Origin: Nitrososphaerota archaeon | GTDB lineage: Archaea; Thermoproteota; EX4484-205; JAAOZP01 | Assembly (NCBI GenBank): GCA_011605725.1 | Contig: JAAOZP010000019.1 | Coordinates: forward strand, 1,123-65,122 | Direction of reading: 5' to 3' | Length of the DNA stretch: 64,000 nucleotides | Part shown: positions 48,601 through 58,044 of the stretch, one piece after another | Numbering within the stretch: the stretch's first letter is position 1 | Layout: every line of letters starts with the position of its first letter | The notes under the pieces: generated by a model | Database searches by the model: none | What the model was told of the DNA's origin: nothing | What the model saw: the letters and a program-made list of their open reading frames with translations, nothing else | Made by a program: the position numbers and the translations under genes

Positions 48601-49430
48601 AAGCATGCTGACAGCTGGCCAAGCCTTGTTCCAGCGTTAAACAGCGTCGGAGAATTCGGCATGAATTTTTTAGAAACCATAATATCGTAATAGGCTTTAA
48701 AATTCTCATAGTATTTTTCAAACTCGCCTGAAATAAGCATTCCGAGAAAACCACTCCACGAAACCTTCATCCTGCCCTGGGAATTAAGCTCATCGTAAAG
48801 AGCCTTCATGCGCTCTAAATGATGCTCATTCCAGGTGACGGCATACCCGTTTCCACTCTTCCCTAAGCCAAGCTTGTTAGCATAGTGGCTGGCGTTAAAC
48901 TCCTCCTTCGGAAACACTGGTAACCCTCCTTCCTTAAAGAATATTCTCTGGTCATGAAGAATATCCGGTATTACAACGGCTAAGGCAACTCTTTGAAACA
49001 ACTGTTTAGGAGACTCCACAAGCTTACCGTTCTCATCCTTAAGAAGATAACGGCTTACAAGCAGCCTGATCGCGTTAACAGAAAACTCCTTGTCAACCTC
49101 ATCCACAAAGCTTTTCTGGAGAAGAGCCTTCTTCTCCTCCCTTATTCTCTCCCTCTCCTTCCTGTATAGGATATAGGCTTTAGCAACATCGTAAAGATCG
49201 AACTTCATGAGGGCTAGCTCAACCACGTCCTGAATATCCTCGACATGCGGAGTCTCTCCTCCCTCATACTTCCTGTTTAAAACGTTTAAAACATAGTTGA
49301 CAACCTTCTCCAAAGCCTTCTCATCATACTGTTTCACGCTCACCATGGCCTTCGCGATAGCGTTCCTAATCCTGTCAGGGTCGAAATCCACGATCCTACC
49401 GTCCCTCTTAACAACCTTCCTTTTCTCCAT
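45633..49430 (-). CDS. nrdJ: Class II (AdoCbl-dependent) ribonucleotide reductase with ATP cone and an intein
   Basis: VVKRDG ATP cone, PNSPTLFNAG, SACFV, TNP/CGE, APTGSIS, SKTIN and a C-terminal Zn ribbon; adjacent to cobO. Confidence 0.95.
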   Translation of the reverse strand: MEKRKVVKRDGRIVDFDPDRIRNAIAKAMVSVKQYDEKALEKVVNYVLNVLNRKYEGGETPHVEDIQDVVELALMKFDLYDVAKAYILYRKERERIREEKKALLQKSFVDEVDKEFSVNAIRLLVSRYLLKDENGKLVESPKQLFQRVALAVVIPDILHDQRIFFKEGGLPVFPKEEFNASHYANKLGLGKSGNGYAVTWNEHHLERMKALYDELNSQGRMKVSWSGFLGMLISGEFEKYYENFKAYYDIMVSKKFMPNSPTLFNAGTRLGQLSACFVLDVEDNIESIMNAATQAAIIFKSGGGIGINYSKLRPAGDIVSSTSGVASGPVSFMRIIDTVTDVVKQGGKRRGANMGILEINHPDIEAFITAKSERGKLENFNISVLIKDDFWDYLEKDVPYPLVNPRDGKVWKTVRAKDVFWKIAEMAWRTGDPGVLFLENINRRNVMAKHKGPIKSTNPCVSGNTRVLTPDGWIRADELFHKVKVSSPVKAVAVDEKLLGEGGEPQAYRTKLITIEGKEVVYRTIHEKELNLLIPKEVEAWVWHVGKKPGLTVRTEEGYELTVTHDHKLLTSEGWKKAKDLAPNDKVLIGRLHPWFLEHVYRGSYDVDEDVSFALGWLVGNGSLNRHYVSWFFSKDDKAAEERLRRSIEKIGGNPLSHTYVLSESEHKIQYNEGTTVYKNIMNLTGAFMERSRDRRLPEVVWKLSQRSLVSFLRGLFTADGYVDNDSAVRLASASLQLLKEVQLLLATLGIASKIYKRPYIREFLYTTNDGDEKSYKTSGYYELVINGYSRKIFKELVGFESVSKLEKLSLEKTKRDSLWATVSSIKDAGLVDFYDFTVPIYHNFLGNGLVNHNCGEEPLYPYESCNLGSINLYAFLKKSRGGVFFDWEEFSRVVGIALRFLDNVIDVNKLPLSEIDRATKLTRKVGLGVMGLADLLFALRIPYNSEEGFRMMSRIAEHLTFYAMKESCRLSKERGAFPLYKDSSYPDGEMPIEGFYHKDWQTLPWVELQQEIMRFGIRNAEVTTIAPTGSISMLVDVSSGIEPQFALIYEKRVSVGTFYYVDVEFENALRENGLYDEKTLKLISDNGGSLMGLDLPEELRRVFLTAYDIPWWDHVRAQAEFTKWICAAVSKTINMPNWVTVEDVQKAFTLARAMGVKGVTVYRDGSLPYQVLVTPSSKLGKYAKIVDNSTIEIARTLGIDIKGFGEESKDASSKTATASEKPVVIINKNNDEYAECPSCGSKRLVKEGGCLTCIDCGWSVCPVS
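46869..48053 (-). mobile_element. Intein (395 aa) with LAGLIDADG-type domain in RNR
   Basis: Starts CVSGNT; block B VTHDHKL; LGWLVGNG and FLRGLFTADG; ends YDFTV...NGLVNHN with +1 Cys. Confidence 0.95.
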
Positions 49431-49564
49431 CGGAGCTTAAGCTCGGCTACGAGTATTAAAACATTAAACGATTTTTTCCGTGCTTAATTAATCGGGGAAT
49501 AATAGTGAAACAATTATTCTTCAAAGTTAACCCGCTGATCACCCTGTTTAAAAAGGTTGAAAAG

Positions 49565-49673
49565 CGTCGGGGGCGGGATTTGAACCCGCACGGCCCACAG
49601 GGGCCACGAGCTTAGCAGGCTCGCGGTGTATCATTATACATCTCGCGCCTTAACCAGGTTTGGCTACCCCGAC
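49565..49673 (-). tRNA. tRNA-Ser(GCT) with a 22-nt non-canonical intron at about 30/31 (49620-49641)
   Basis: GTCGGGG/CCCCGAC acceptor stem, long variable arm and G73. Removing ATGTATAATGATACACCGCGAG restores CGAGC-CT-GCT-AA-GCTCG. Confidence 0.92.
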
Positions 49674-49824
49674 GTCTAAAATAGTTTAACATACAGGGTC
49701 AAATAAAGCTTTTACTCTTGATACGCTGCCGGTGCCCGTTATTCCAGTATATGTTGAAGATCGCGTCGCGCAGTGTTGCCCGAGCCTCGACCACTAGTTC
49801 CATGTTTAAGCCGGTAGGGTTGGC

Positions 49825-52266
49825 TTACTGTTCTTCTAAACGTATTTCCCAGCGTAAAGGATGCTCTGTGGAAACCATCGGGATTATTATGGAACCGTTT
49901 GCCCCATGCTGCACAGACGCTGGACGATTGTCAACAGTGGCTTCAACCCTCTTCGTAGAAATGCCTGTTGCGACGATAAAGCCTAGTTGACCCACCGGCC
50001 GCTGCAACTCTCCTTTCAACACTTTTCCCGTCTCGTCCCAAGTTACGTTACGCAGCTCGCCGCCGCTTGTTAAATGGAAGCTTGTTCCAACAATCCAAGG
50101 GTGTTGACGCTTTTCCCGGATTGCTAACACTCTGACTGCAGGACCGAAGAACGTAACCTGCAGAGTCTCTTCCGTAGCGCTCCATAGGAGTTTCCCAGCA
50201 TCCCCCGGATGCGTATAACTGTTCCGCAGACGTTTCGAAGGAGCTTCCCCTAGAAACTGGCTTGACCAGAATTCGTAGACCCAGTATCTCCTGTCCGGGT
50301 TTAAACCTAGCAAGCTCCAGGGAATGTTGAACCTTGTTATCAGGTGCTCTCTGCCCTCCCTGGTTTTAGGAGGATCCCATGCGAATAGGCTAACGATAAT
50401 CCAGCTGTCCCATTCAGTATCCACCCGTTGCACCCAGATGTTTCCCCCTTCCTCCTCAATGTTTCCTGCTGAGGCCTCCCTGCCGCTGCGACTCATTTCC
50501 TCGTATGACAATTGTTCAACAGTAACTGGTTCGAAAAGGTCTACTGGTTTAGCTGAGAACCCGGCTGGCGGCAGTATTGAGAGCAGGACTTGCCACCTCT
50601 CTTCAGGCAGAGTAGTAAGATCATCGCTAATACTGATCTCACCCCCTGACAAGAATGCTACGGTGGCGCGGATCCTTGCCTCCTCAAGCGTGCCGGGTGG
50701 GCCGACGCAGAGGCAGGAAGGCTCGATTATCCCCAGCCTATGGTTCTTCCATAAATGGGATGCGACAGCCCTATAGTTTTCCTTCATGAACTGCCAAGTA
50801 ACGTATCCGGTGTTACCAGTGTCGTTACAAGTGTAGAGTAGCTGGAAATACCCTAGGCCGCATGGCTCATAGGGGTTGCAGTTTAAAACTAAGCACTCCG
50901 GGTCAATGCTTCTCAAGGTTTCAGCGATTATCCTGCATCCTAGGCGTGCAGCCTCAACACCTCCCCCGGCTACGATTCTCCTGTTATACCTGTTGCGTAG
51001 ACGCGGGTTGCACGGGCCATTCATAAAGTCGAGCTTGAAGTATTTGACTCCTTTTTTAGCCAGTGAAGCCATTTTTTCACGAAGATAGTTTTGCGCCTCA
51101 GGATGCGTAAGATCCAAGGCGTAAACCTTCCCATACGGTTTCCAGAACCATGTCCAGTACGGAGCCGGCTTCTCCTTCTCGTCTCCGAGAAGCCACTCTG
51201 GATGTTGAGCAGCAACAGGGTCATGCTCGCTGATTACGAAAGGCGCTTTCCAAACCCCAAGGTTGAAACCCATTTTTCCAAGCTGTTCCGACAGCCATTT
51301 CAACCCGTGTAGGAACTGCTTGTTCTCGTCGTATGAGCTTGGCAAATAGTCCTTCTCCCAGCCTAGGTCAACCTGAATATTCTTAAGACCTAGGCTCTTC
51401 AAACGCTCAGCCCCAATCCTCGCATTTTCTAAAACGTGCTCCTCGTTGACGCTTAGGCGGAAAGGGTACCAGCTGCACCAGCTTACCGGAGGGTTTTTCA
51501 AGGGCATGATACCGTGTTTCCTCCTGATCAAGTCTCCAAACTCCTCGAGAAGAAGCCAAGGATCCTCCCCAATCATCAGTATAACGTCCTCCAGCTTAAC
51601 GGTCTCCCCTGGGTCCACTGTTAAGTCGCCAGCGTCAAAACCCATTTTCCAACCAGTAACCCCTAGGGACGCGTTGAACCCTGCTTCAACCATGCCGAGC
51701 CATCTTTCAAACGTTAGGAAACCCGCTAGGAAAGCCATTCTGTCAAAAGGATTATAGACTTCCCAGCATAGCTGTGAAGACCCTTGGATTTCTCTTGAAA
51801 CCTGCTCCACCGCCTCACTGCTAGGCTTCGGGCTTCGGCTTAGTTTTCGAACATGCCCCCAGTATCCGCCGTCCTCGTAAACCCGGGCCTCCTCCTGTCT
51901 TGTTCCGAACGAGGCTTCACCCAGCCCTGTGGTTTCAAGAAGAGACAGCTCGTTGAGACATGTAGACTCGTTCGTCAGGTTTTGAAAGAGGCTGTTTATT
52001 TCCAGAAAGTTCTGATGGTTAATGATCTCCTGAACTATTTTCGCACCAGCGTTTTTAAAAACCCAAATCATTCTTAAGCCATCCCTGTTCTCCAGCCTCT
52101 CTACTCTAAGCTCTTCCGGGTAATGTTTCCGCCCGCTTAAGCAGACGTGACACTTTAGCGAACCGATTTTAAACCCTGGCCAGTGCGTTGAGGAAAGACG
52201 CCAAGCCGATTCTCCCGTTTCAACCTCGAATAGTCCGGTTGAAAACGCGGTTTCCATGCTCACCAC
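49825..52266 (-). CDS. Alpha-galactosidase-like glycoside hydrolase (GH36/GH27 clan D)
   Basis: WCSWY, QVDLGW, LDLTHPEA and YFKLDF motifs. Confidence 0.85.
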   Translation of the reverse strand: MVSMETAFSTGLFEVETGESAWRLSSTHWPGFKIGSLKCHVCLSGRKHYPEELRVERLENRDGLRMIWVFKNAGAKIVQEIINHQNFLEINSLFQNLTNESTCLNELSLLETTGLGEASFGTRQEEARVYEDGGYWGHVRKLSRSPKPSSEAVEQVSREIQGSSQLCWEVYNPFDRMAFLAGFLTFERWLGMVEAGFNASLGVTGWKMGFDAGDLTVDPGETVKLEDVILMIGEDPWLLLEEFGDLIRRKHGIMPLKNPPVSWCSWYPFRLSVNEEHVLENARIGAERLKSLGLKNIQVDLGWEKDYLPSSYDENKQFLHGLKWLSEQLGKMGFNLGVWKAPFVISEHDPVAAQHPEWLLGDEKEKPAPYWTWFWKPYGKVYALDLTHPEAQNYLREKMASLAKKGVKYFKLDFMNGPCNPRLRNRYNRRIVAGGGVEAARLGCRIIAETLRSIDPECLVLNCNPYEPCGLGYFQLLYTCNDTGNTGYVTWQFMKENYRAVASHLWKNHRLGIIEPSCLCVGPPGTLEEARIRATVAFLSGGEISISDDLTTLPEERWQVLLSILPPAGFSAKPVDLFEPVTVEQLSYEEMSRSGREASAGNIEEEGGNIWVQRVDTEWDSWIIVSLFAWDPPKTREGREHLITRFNIPWSLLGLNPDRRYWVYEFWSSQFLGEAPSKRLRNSYTHPGDAGKLLWSATEETLQVTFFGPAVRVLAIREKRQHPWIVGTSFHLTSGGELRNVTWDETGKVLKGELQRPVGQLGFIVATGISTKRVEATVDNRPASVQHGANGSIIIPMVSTEHPLRWEIRLEEQ

Positions 52267-52367
52267 GCTTCAACAGTCTACGTGAAAAACAGTAGTTAAG
52301 CATTGTGCCCCGGTTTCTCGATTCAGACACGCGTTTAAAACAAGCGTCACGCGTGCTCCATGTTTAA

Positions 52368-53471
52368 TCATGATTTTCCACCAATATCCTTCAACACTTT
52401 CCTAAGCGAGTTTAGAAAATACTCTATTTCAACTCTCCCCTCATAGCCCACGTTACCTATTCTAGTTGTTTCATTCCTCAGCTTACCCATTCCTCTTGCT
52501 ATAAGTATTCCGTGCTCCTCGTAAAGCCTTCTGATCATTTCTTCAGCATTAATCCCCTTGTTTCTAAAGACTATTACTGACGTAGACCAGTATTCCTTAT
52601 CGCGTGGAAAAACCTCAATGTTTTCAGACTCTAAGAATTCATATATCATTCTGGCGTTCTCAGCGTGTCTCTTCACCCGCTCCTCATATCCTTCTTCCTT
52701 CAATATTTCAAGCGCCTCAGCCATGCCGTATATCAGTGGCACCGCAGGCGTGAACGGAGTCTCTCGCCTGAGATGAAACCGGTGGATCTTTTCAAAATCC
52801 AGGTAGAAGCTTCTTCTCCTAGGGTTTTTCAAACCTTTTTCTAATGCTCTCCCGCTTACTGAGACAAAGGATAAGCCTGGGGGCCCGCCAAGCCCCTTCT
52901 GGCTTGCAGCCACACAAATGTCAACACCCAGCTCATCCGTGTAGAAAGGCTCAACACCCAAGTCTGAAACCGTGTCCACGAAAACCAGGATGCCTCTTTT
53001 CCTAGCAATACTGGCAACTTCATCAATCAATCTGAAAGTTACTCCAGTAGAGGTCTCATTATGCACTATGAAAATGCTTTCTACGTCATTGTTCTCAACC
53101 GCACTCATTATGCTTCCGAGACTAGGTATGCATCCCCATTCTGATTTAACGACAACAGGCTCAGCACCAATCTTCAAAGCGTTCTCCACGATCCTTCCGG
53201 TGAATTCTCCGAAATCCGGTATAAGTATCTTCTCACCCTCGTACACGAAGTTCTGGAAAACCATGTCCACGCCAGCGGTCCCGGAGCCACTTATGATGTA
53301 GACGTTGTTCTCAGTTTTGAAAACGCTTTTCAAACCTTCCTCAACCTTCTCGTAAAGAGTGTGGAACTCTTCTCCTCTATGGTTTATGATGGGTTTAGCC
53401 ATTGCCTTCAAAACTCTTTCAGGCAGGGTTATCGGACCCGGTATTAGCAGCATAGGGGCTTTCTGAACCAT
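52368..53471 (-). CDS. Class V aminotransferase (alanine-glyoxylate / serine-pyruvate family)
   Basis: LLIPGP, HNETSTG, VDTVS, ASQKGLGGPPG and RIGNVG motifs. Confidence 0.9.
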   Translation of the reverse strand: MVQKAPMLLIPGPITLPERVLKAMAKPIINHRGEEFHTLYEKVEEGLKSVFKTENNVYIISGSGTAGVDMVFQNFVYEGEKILIPDFGEFTGRIVENALKIGAEPVVVKSEWGCIPSLGSIMSAVENNDVESIFIVHNETSTGVTFRLIDEVASIARKRGILVFVDTVSDLGVEPFYTDELGVDICVAASQKGLGGPPGLSFVSVSGRALEKGLKNPRRRSFYLDFEKIHRFHLRRETPFTPAVPLIYGMAEALEILKEEGYEERVKRHAENARMIYEFLESENIEVFPRDKEYWSTSVIVFRNKGINAEEMIRRLYEEHGILIARGMGKLRNETTRIGNVGYEGRVEIEYFLNSLRKVLKDIGGKS

Positions 53472-53513
53472 CTCTCGAAGAATGCTGAAACTGTTTTTTA
53501 ACCCTTTCCCAAG

Positions 53514-54965
53514 CTAGGTGGGTGATCTAAGCCAACTGGTAAAACGGGTTTCACTCTCATAGGCATAGGCTAACCTTAGCAAGGTTGCTTCTTCAAAATG
53601 GTTCCCGATTAGTTGAAGTCCTACTGGAAGCGAGTTGACGAAGCCTGCTGGAACACTCACTGCAGGAAGCCCAGCCAGGTTGACGGCGACTGTTTCAAAA
53701 TCCATCATGTACATTTCAAGCGGCGACACTATTTCCCCTATTCTCCAAGGGAGGACGGGCATTGTTGGCATTGCTAAAGCGTTGAAGTCTTTAAAAAGGA
53801 GCTTAAAATCATCATGTATCTTCCTCCTGACTCTACAGGCCTTCATGTAGAAATCCTCCTTGTAGCCTGCGGAAAGCACGAAGGTTCCTAGGAATATTCT
53901 TCTCTTAACCTCCTCTCCGAAGCCTTCCGTCCTAATCTTGACGACTCTTTCTTCCCACTTGCCTTCGACACTCCTTCCCCCATAACGGATCCCGTCGAAT
54001 CTTGCAAGGTTGCTTGAACACTCAGCCATGGCTATGATGTAGTAGGCTGGTAGAGCGTATTTTAAGAAGTGAAAAGACGCTTCTTCAACCAAGCATCCGG
54101 TTTTCTCAAGAACACCTATAGCATCGTAAACCTTTCCAGAAATTTTTTCATCAATATTCATGAAACCCTCTTTAACAATACCGATTCTCAACCCCTTGGC
54201 TCCACTTGTTGCTTCTTCAACATAGTCCGGGGGGTCTCGGGTTGAAGTTGTTAAATCCCTTGGGTCGCCTCCCGCTATTACTTTAAGCAGCAGGGCTGTT
54301 GACAACGTGTCTCTAGCCATCGGCCCTATTTGGTCAAGACTACTAGCATAGGCTATTAAGCCGTAGCGTGAAACCCTGCCGTAGGTCGGCTTCAACCCAA
54401 CGATCGAGTTGAAGGCTGCAGGATTCCTTATTGATCCTCCTGTATCGCTTCCGAGAGCAATCTCCACGGCTCCGGTTGCGAGGGAAACCGCGCTTCCACC
54501 GCTGCTTCCTCCGGAAACCCTGGAATGATCAAAAAAGTTTTTCGTCGGGCCGAAGAAAGAGGTTTCGGTGCTTGAGCCCATCGCGAACTCATCCATGTTT
54601 GTCTTCCCGATTATAATGCCATCCTCCCTCCTTATTCTCTCAATAACAGTGGCGTCATAAACCGGAACATAGTTTTCAAGCATTCTTGAAGCGCACGTCG
54701 TCCTTAAACCCTTCGTGGAAATATTGTCCTTAACCGCGACTAGAAGACCAGCTAGCCTGCCTGTTTTCCCGCCCATCCTGATTCTACGCTTAAGCTCCTC
54801 TGCGCTTCTGAGAGCACCTTCCTTATCAACCGTTATGAAAGCATTCAACCCTTTTGCTTCCTCAATTTTTTCAAGAGCCCTATAGACTCTTTCAACCGGG
54901 TCGACGGAACCTAAGACTTGTTCCGGAAGACTATCTATCCCAACACCTGTCCTGACACAAACCAT
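53514..54965 (-). CDS. gatA: Asp/Glu-tRNA amidotransferase subunit A
   Basis: VKDNI, GKTNMDEFAMGSS, GGSSGGSA, SDTGGSIR and EVKRRIFLG motifs. Confidence 0.95.
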   Translation of the reverse strand: MVCVRTGVGIDSLPEQVLGSVDPVERVYRALEKIEEAKGLNAFITVDKEGALRSAEELKRRIRMGGKTGRLAGLLVAVKDNISTKGLRTTCASRMLENYVPVYDATVIERIRREDGIIIGKTNMDEFAMGSSTETSFFGPTKNFFDHSRVSGGSSGGSAVSLATGAVEIALGSDTGGSIRNPAAFNSIVGLKPTYGRVSRYGLIAYASSLDQIGPMARDTLSTALLLKVIAGGDPRDLTTSTRDPPDYVEEATSGAKGLRIGIVKEGFMNIDEKISGKVYDAIGVLEKTGCLVEEASFHFLKYALPAYYIIAMAECSSNLARFDGIRYGGRSVEGKWEERVVKIRTEGFGEEVKRRIFLGTFVLSAGYKEDFYMKACRVRRKIHDDFKLLFKDFNALAMPTMPVLPWRIGEIVSPLEMYMMDFETVAVNLAGLPAVSVPAGFVNSLPVGLQLIGNHFEEATLLRLAYAYESETRFTSWLRSPT

Positions 54966-55231
54966 TTCTCATCTTTCTCTCCGGCATTTTTAAAAACATC
55001 ATCTTCTGAAAGGGTTTCCGCCGGCTCGTCCTCCCTGAGAACTTCGCTGAAGCCTGACACGTAAGCCATCGGCTCAACGTCCAGCTGCAGGCTTCTCACA
55101 GTGTTGAAATACTCCAGTATCTCGTTAACATCCTTCTGAAGCTTTTCCACTTCAGCCTCGCTCAGAGAGATTTTGCAAAGCTTAGCGTAATGCAGAATCT
55201 CCTCCCTTGAAACAACTACTTTTCCACTCAT
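54935..55231 (-). CDS. gatC: Asp/Glu-tRNA amidotransferase subunit C
   Basis: 98 aa with EEILHYAKL...ILEYF...LRED; directly upstream of gatA. Confidence 0.85.
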   Translation of the reverse strand: MSGKVVVSREEILHYAKLCKISLSEAEVEKLQKDVNEILEYFNTVRSLQLDVEPMAYVSGFSEVLREDEPAETLSEDDVFKNAGEKDEKWFVSGQVLG

Positions 55232-55425
55232 TTGAATGACCTATTTTCTCCCGGGCATGTCTATTTATCGGTTTCCTCGGCAGCAACCCTCTTATTAGGA
55301 AACCGGTGTGTCGAATATTCCAGTATTTAAGCTTCTTGAGCTGGTTGATAGTTAAGTTTTAGAAAAAACTCTCTCTAAGCCCCTGTGGGGGCTGGCTTAA
55401 AGAGTCAATGTGTAAACCCTTGAGC

Positions 55426-56046
55426 CTACTGAGTCTGGGAACCGGTTTCCTCCACGTGTTGTCTAACGGCTTCAGGTATTTCTGGGAAGCTCGATTTCAT
55501 TTTCTGAGAAGCCAGTATAGATGCTTCCTTCAAAATCTGGTCTGCCTCGCTGTCGGGTGCAATATATGTCTCGTACCCTGTGACCTCGCCTGCTTGTATA
55601 AGCACCCTGTTCATCATATCTTCAACCTGTCTGAGGCTGTCAGCAACTTGCGGTGCAACATTCCTTATCTCGTTTCCAACCCTGTTTACTACGTTGACGA
55701 CTGGCCCAAGGATTTTCAGAGTCTCCTTAAAATCTATCGTGTCTTCAAGCCTAAGTATAACTCTTTCAAGCGCAAGCCTGTTGCTAAGAATTATCTTACC
55801 CATCTTCCTTACTTGGGCAACTTCGTTAGCGTAAACTTGTGCACGGGAATTGTCGCGTTCAACAAGAGCCTTTTCAACCTCTTTGAAAAGCTGCTCGTCC
55901 CTCATCTTGATCCTATGGTATATTCTGTCAAGATTCTGCTCCTGAATCTTAAGCATTGCGACTGCTTCTCTCAACGCGTCTTGAAACGCATGCTGATCCA
56001 CTGGTTGCGGAGGCGGTTGAGGCTTCCTTCCGAATAACGGGCTCAT
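55426..56046 (-). CDS. cdvB: ESCRT-III / CdvB (Snf7 family) protein
   Basis: RAQVYANEVAQVRK, LERVILRLE, EADQILKEA and a C-terminal FPEIP (MIM2-like). Confidence 0.85.
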   Translation of the reverse strand: MSPLFGRKPQPPPQPVDQHAFQDALREAVAMLKIQEQNLDRIYHRIKMRDEQLFKEVEKALVERDNSRAQVYANEVAQVRKMGKIILSNRLALERVILRLEDTIDFKETLKILGPVVNVVNRVGNEIRNVAPQVADSLRQVEDMMNRVLIQAGEVTGYETYIAPDSEADQILKEASILASQKMKSSFPEIPEAVRQHVEETGSQTQ

Positions 56047-56152
56047 CTTTATCAGTATCCGCCTTATGTCGTGGCTTAAATATTTTTAGGAGTACAATAA
56101 ATCTTTACATTAAGGTAGATAAAACTTAATAGGAATCCTTTATTGATGCCAA

Positions 56153-57322
56153 GTGAGAAAGGAAGTGTCCAGCTTGGGCTGGAGGAGTGAGCTTGAGAAA
56201 ACTGCGATAAGAAGGGCGCATGAGGCAGTCACAATGGATAGTCAGGGAGACTACAGGTCTGCTCTGAAGCTTTACAGGGAGACTATTGAAATACTCATGC
56301 AGCTTTACACGCTTACTGATAACGACAGTATGAAAAGAGTCTATTTGGATAGGATAAGAGAGTATCAGAAGAGGGTTGAGAAACTTGAAGGATTAATGAA
56401 GAGGAAGGAGGAAGTTGTTTACATTAATAAAACTGAAAACAGGGAAGCAGAGGACAAGTGGCTTCAAGACGTAGTCCTGATAGAAAAACCCTCCGTCAGG
56501 TGGGAAGACATCATAGACCTAGAGGAGGCTAAGAAGAAGCTGTATGTCAACGTGATTTTTCCAACCATTCGCCCTGATGTCTACAAGCTGCCATGGTCCA
56601 CGGGGATACTTTTCTACGGGCCACCGGGATGTGGAAAAACACTTTTGGCAGCAGCCCTGGCAAACAGCATTAGGGCAACTTTCTACCTGGTTAAAGCATC
56701 TTCAGTTCTTTCTAAATGGCTGGGCGAGTCTGAGAAGAATATCGCTAGGCTTTTTGAACACGCTAGGAGAAACAGTAGCTCCAGCGAGCCTGCTATACTT
56801 TTCATAGATGAGGTTGAAAGCATCGTTGGAACCCATATTTATGAAACAGGAGGAGAGTCGAGAGCTAGACTGCAGCTCCAGCAGGAGATGGATGGTCTTG
56901 CAAGCAAAGGTCGTGTTGAACATGTTTACGTGATAGCTGCAACTAATAATCCGTGGCTTCTACCCGATTCCTTTCTAAGAAGGTTTGAGGAACGCCTTTA
57001 CGTGCCTCCTCCGGACATCACGGCTAGGAAAAAGCTTTTCATGTACTTCACATCTAAGCTTAACCTTAAGCCGCCAATATACTATGATGAGCTGGCGCGT
57101 TTGACTGAAGGATATTCTGCTCACGATATTGAAAACATATGTAAAGACGCTTTCAAAATGACGATTGAAGAATTCTTCGAGCAGGGCGACCCGATGAAGG
57201 GTGATCCTAGACCCGTTAGCATGGAGGATCTTGTTAAAGCCATTAGAAACAGGGGCAGCAGCATAAGCAGGGAGAGCCTAGCTAAGATGGAGGAATGGAG
57301 AAGGGAAAGAGGTTCTGCTTAA
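56153..57322 (+). CDS. cdvC: Vps4/CdvC AAA+ ATPase with MIT domain
   Basis: N-terminal MIT (AVTMD...YRETIEIL...RIREYQKR), GPPGCGKT, SKWLGESEK, FIDE and ATNNPW..LRRF. Confidence 0.92.
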   Translation: MRKEVSSLGWRSELEKTAIRRAHEAVTMDSQGDYRSALKLYRETIEILMQLYTLTDNDSMKRVYLDRIREYQKRVEKLEGLMKRKEEVVYINKTENREAEDKWLQDVVLIEKPSVRWEDIIDLEEAKKKLYVNVIFPTIRPDVYKLPWSTGILFYGPPGCGKTLLAAALANSIRATFYLVKASSVLSKWLGESEKNIARLFEHARRNSSSSEPAILFIDEVESIVGTHIYETGGESRARLQLQQEMDGLASKGRVEHVYVIAATNNPWLLPDSFLRRFEERLYVPPPDITARKKLFMYFTSKLNLKPPIYYDELARLTEGYSAHDIENICKDAFKMTIEEFFEQGDPMKGDPRPVSMEDLVKAIRNRGSSISRESLAKMEEWRRERGSA

Positions 57323-58044
57323 ACAAGCTCCTCTTCGCGTTTTACAATAACCTTCTTCTCCTTAATAAGTTCGTTTAAAAGGTTTTCAACATCATTCTTC
57401 TCCATCGCGAGATCTTTCGCGCACTTCTCTATGTTGAAGGAATCCGTGTTCGCCTTAAGATATTCTAAAACTTTCTGCTTAGCCTCCTCCCTCAGATCAT
57501 AACTAGGTACTTTTGGAAACGTTGTTTCAAGCTTCAACGAAGCAAGCCTCTCAGCCTCCTTAATCACTCTCTCGGCTTCAACATCAACTGTTTCAGCCTT
57601 AATGTCCGTCGACCTAGTTATTATTGAGGCTGCTTCCTCAAGCTTAGTCTTAACCCCGGCGAATTCCTTCTCGAGATTCGGCAGCGGGTTTGTCTCACTT
57701 ATTCTAGAAAGCAGCCTCGCCAGTTGTGGAAGCATACCGTACAGCTCCTCTGACTCCACCATCGTTTCAAGCCTAAGCTTAATTGTTAAAACCAGCAGGC
57801 TGGACTGGTAGATAAGCTTAGCAACCTTTCTCAGCATAGCTATCTCCTCAGCATACGCCTTAGCCCTGTCATGATCATTATTTTCAAGAAGAAGACTTAT
57901 CTTCTCAAGATACTCGCTGTCCTTCCTCCTCAGATTCCTAACGATCTTTTCAAGGTCGTAGGATACTAGCTCTATGTCGGTCAAAGACTCCCTGAGCAGA
58001 AGCCTCACTCTCTCCATGCTGCCTGCCTGCTCCATCCTCATCAT
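57319..58044 (-). CDS. cdvB: ESCRT-III / CdvB with C-terminal winged-helix-like extension
   Basis: RAKAYAEEIAMLRK, LRLET, EAERVIKEA and FPKVP, followed by a wHTH-like tail. Confidence 0.85.
   Translation of the reverse strand: MMRMEQAGSMERVRLLLRESLTDIELVSYDLEKIVRNLRRKDSEYLEKISLLLENNDHDRAKAYAEEIAMLRKVAKLIYQSSLLVLTIKLRLETMVESEELYGMLPQLARLLSRISETNPLPNLEKEFAGVKTKLEEAASIITRSTDIKAETVDVEAERVIKEAERLASLKLETTFPKVPSYDLREEAKQKVLEYLKANTDSFNIEKCAKDLAMEKNDVENLLNELIKEKKVIVKREEELV

Noticed and set aside
55268-55394. Hairpins CGGTTTCCT/AGGAAACCG and AGCCCC/GGGGCT between gatC and cdvB
   Set aside because: No recognisable RNA family; could be ordinary terminator or leader structure.
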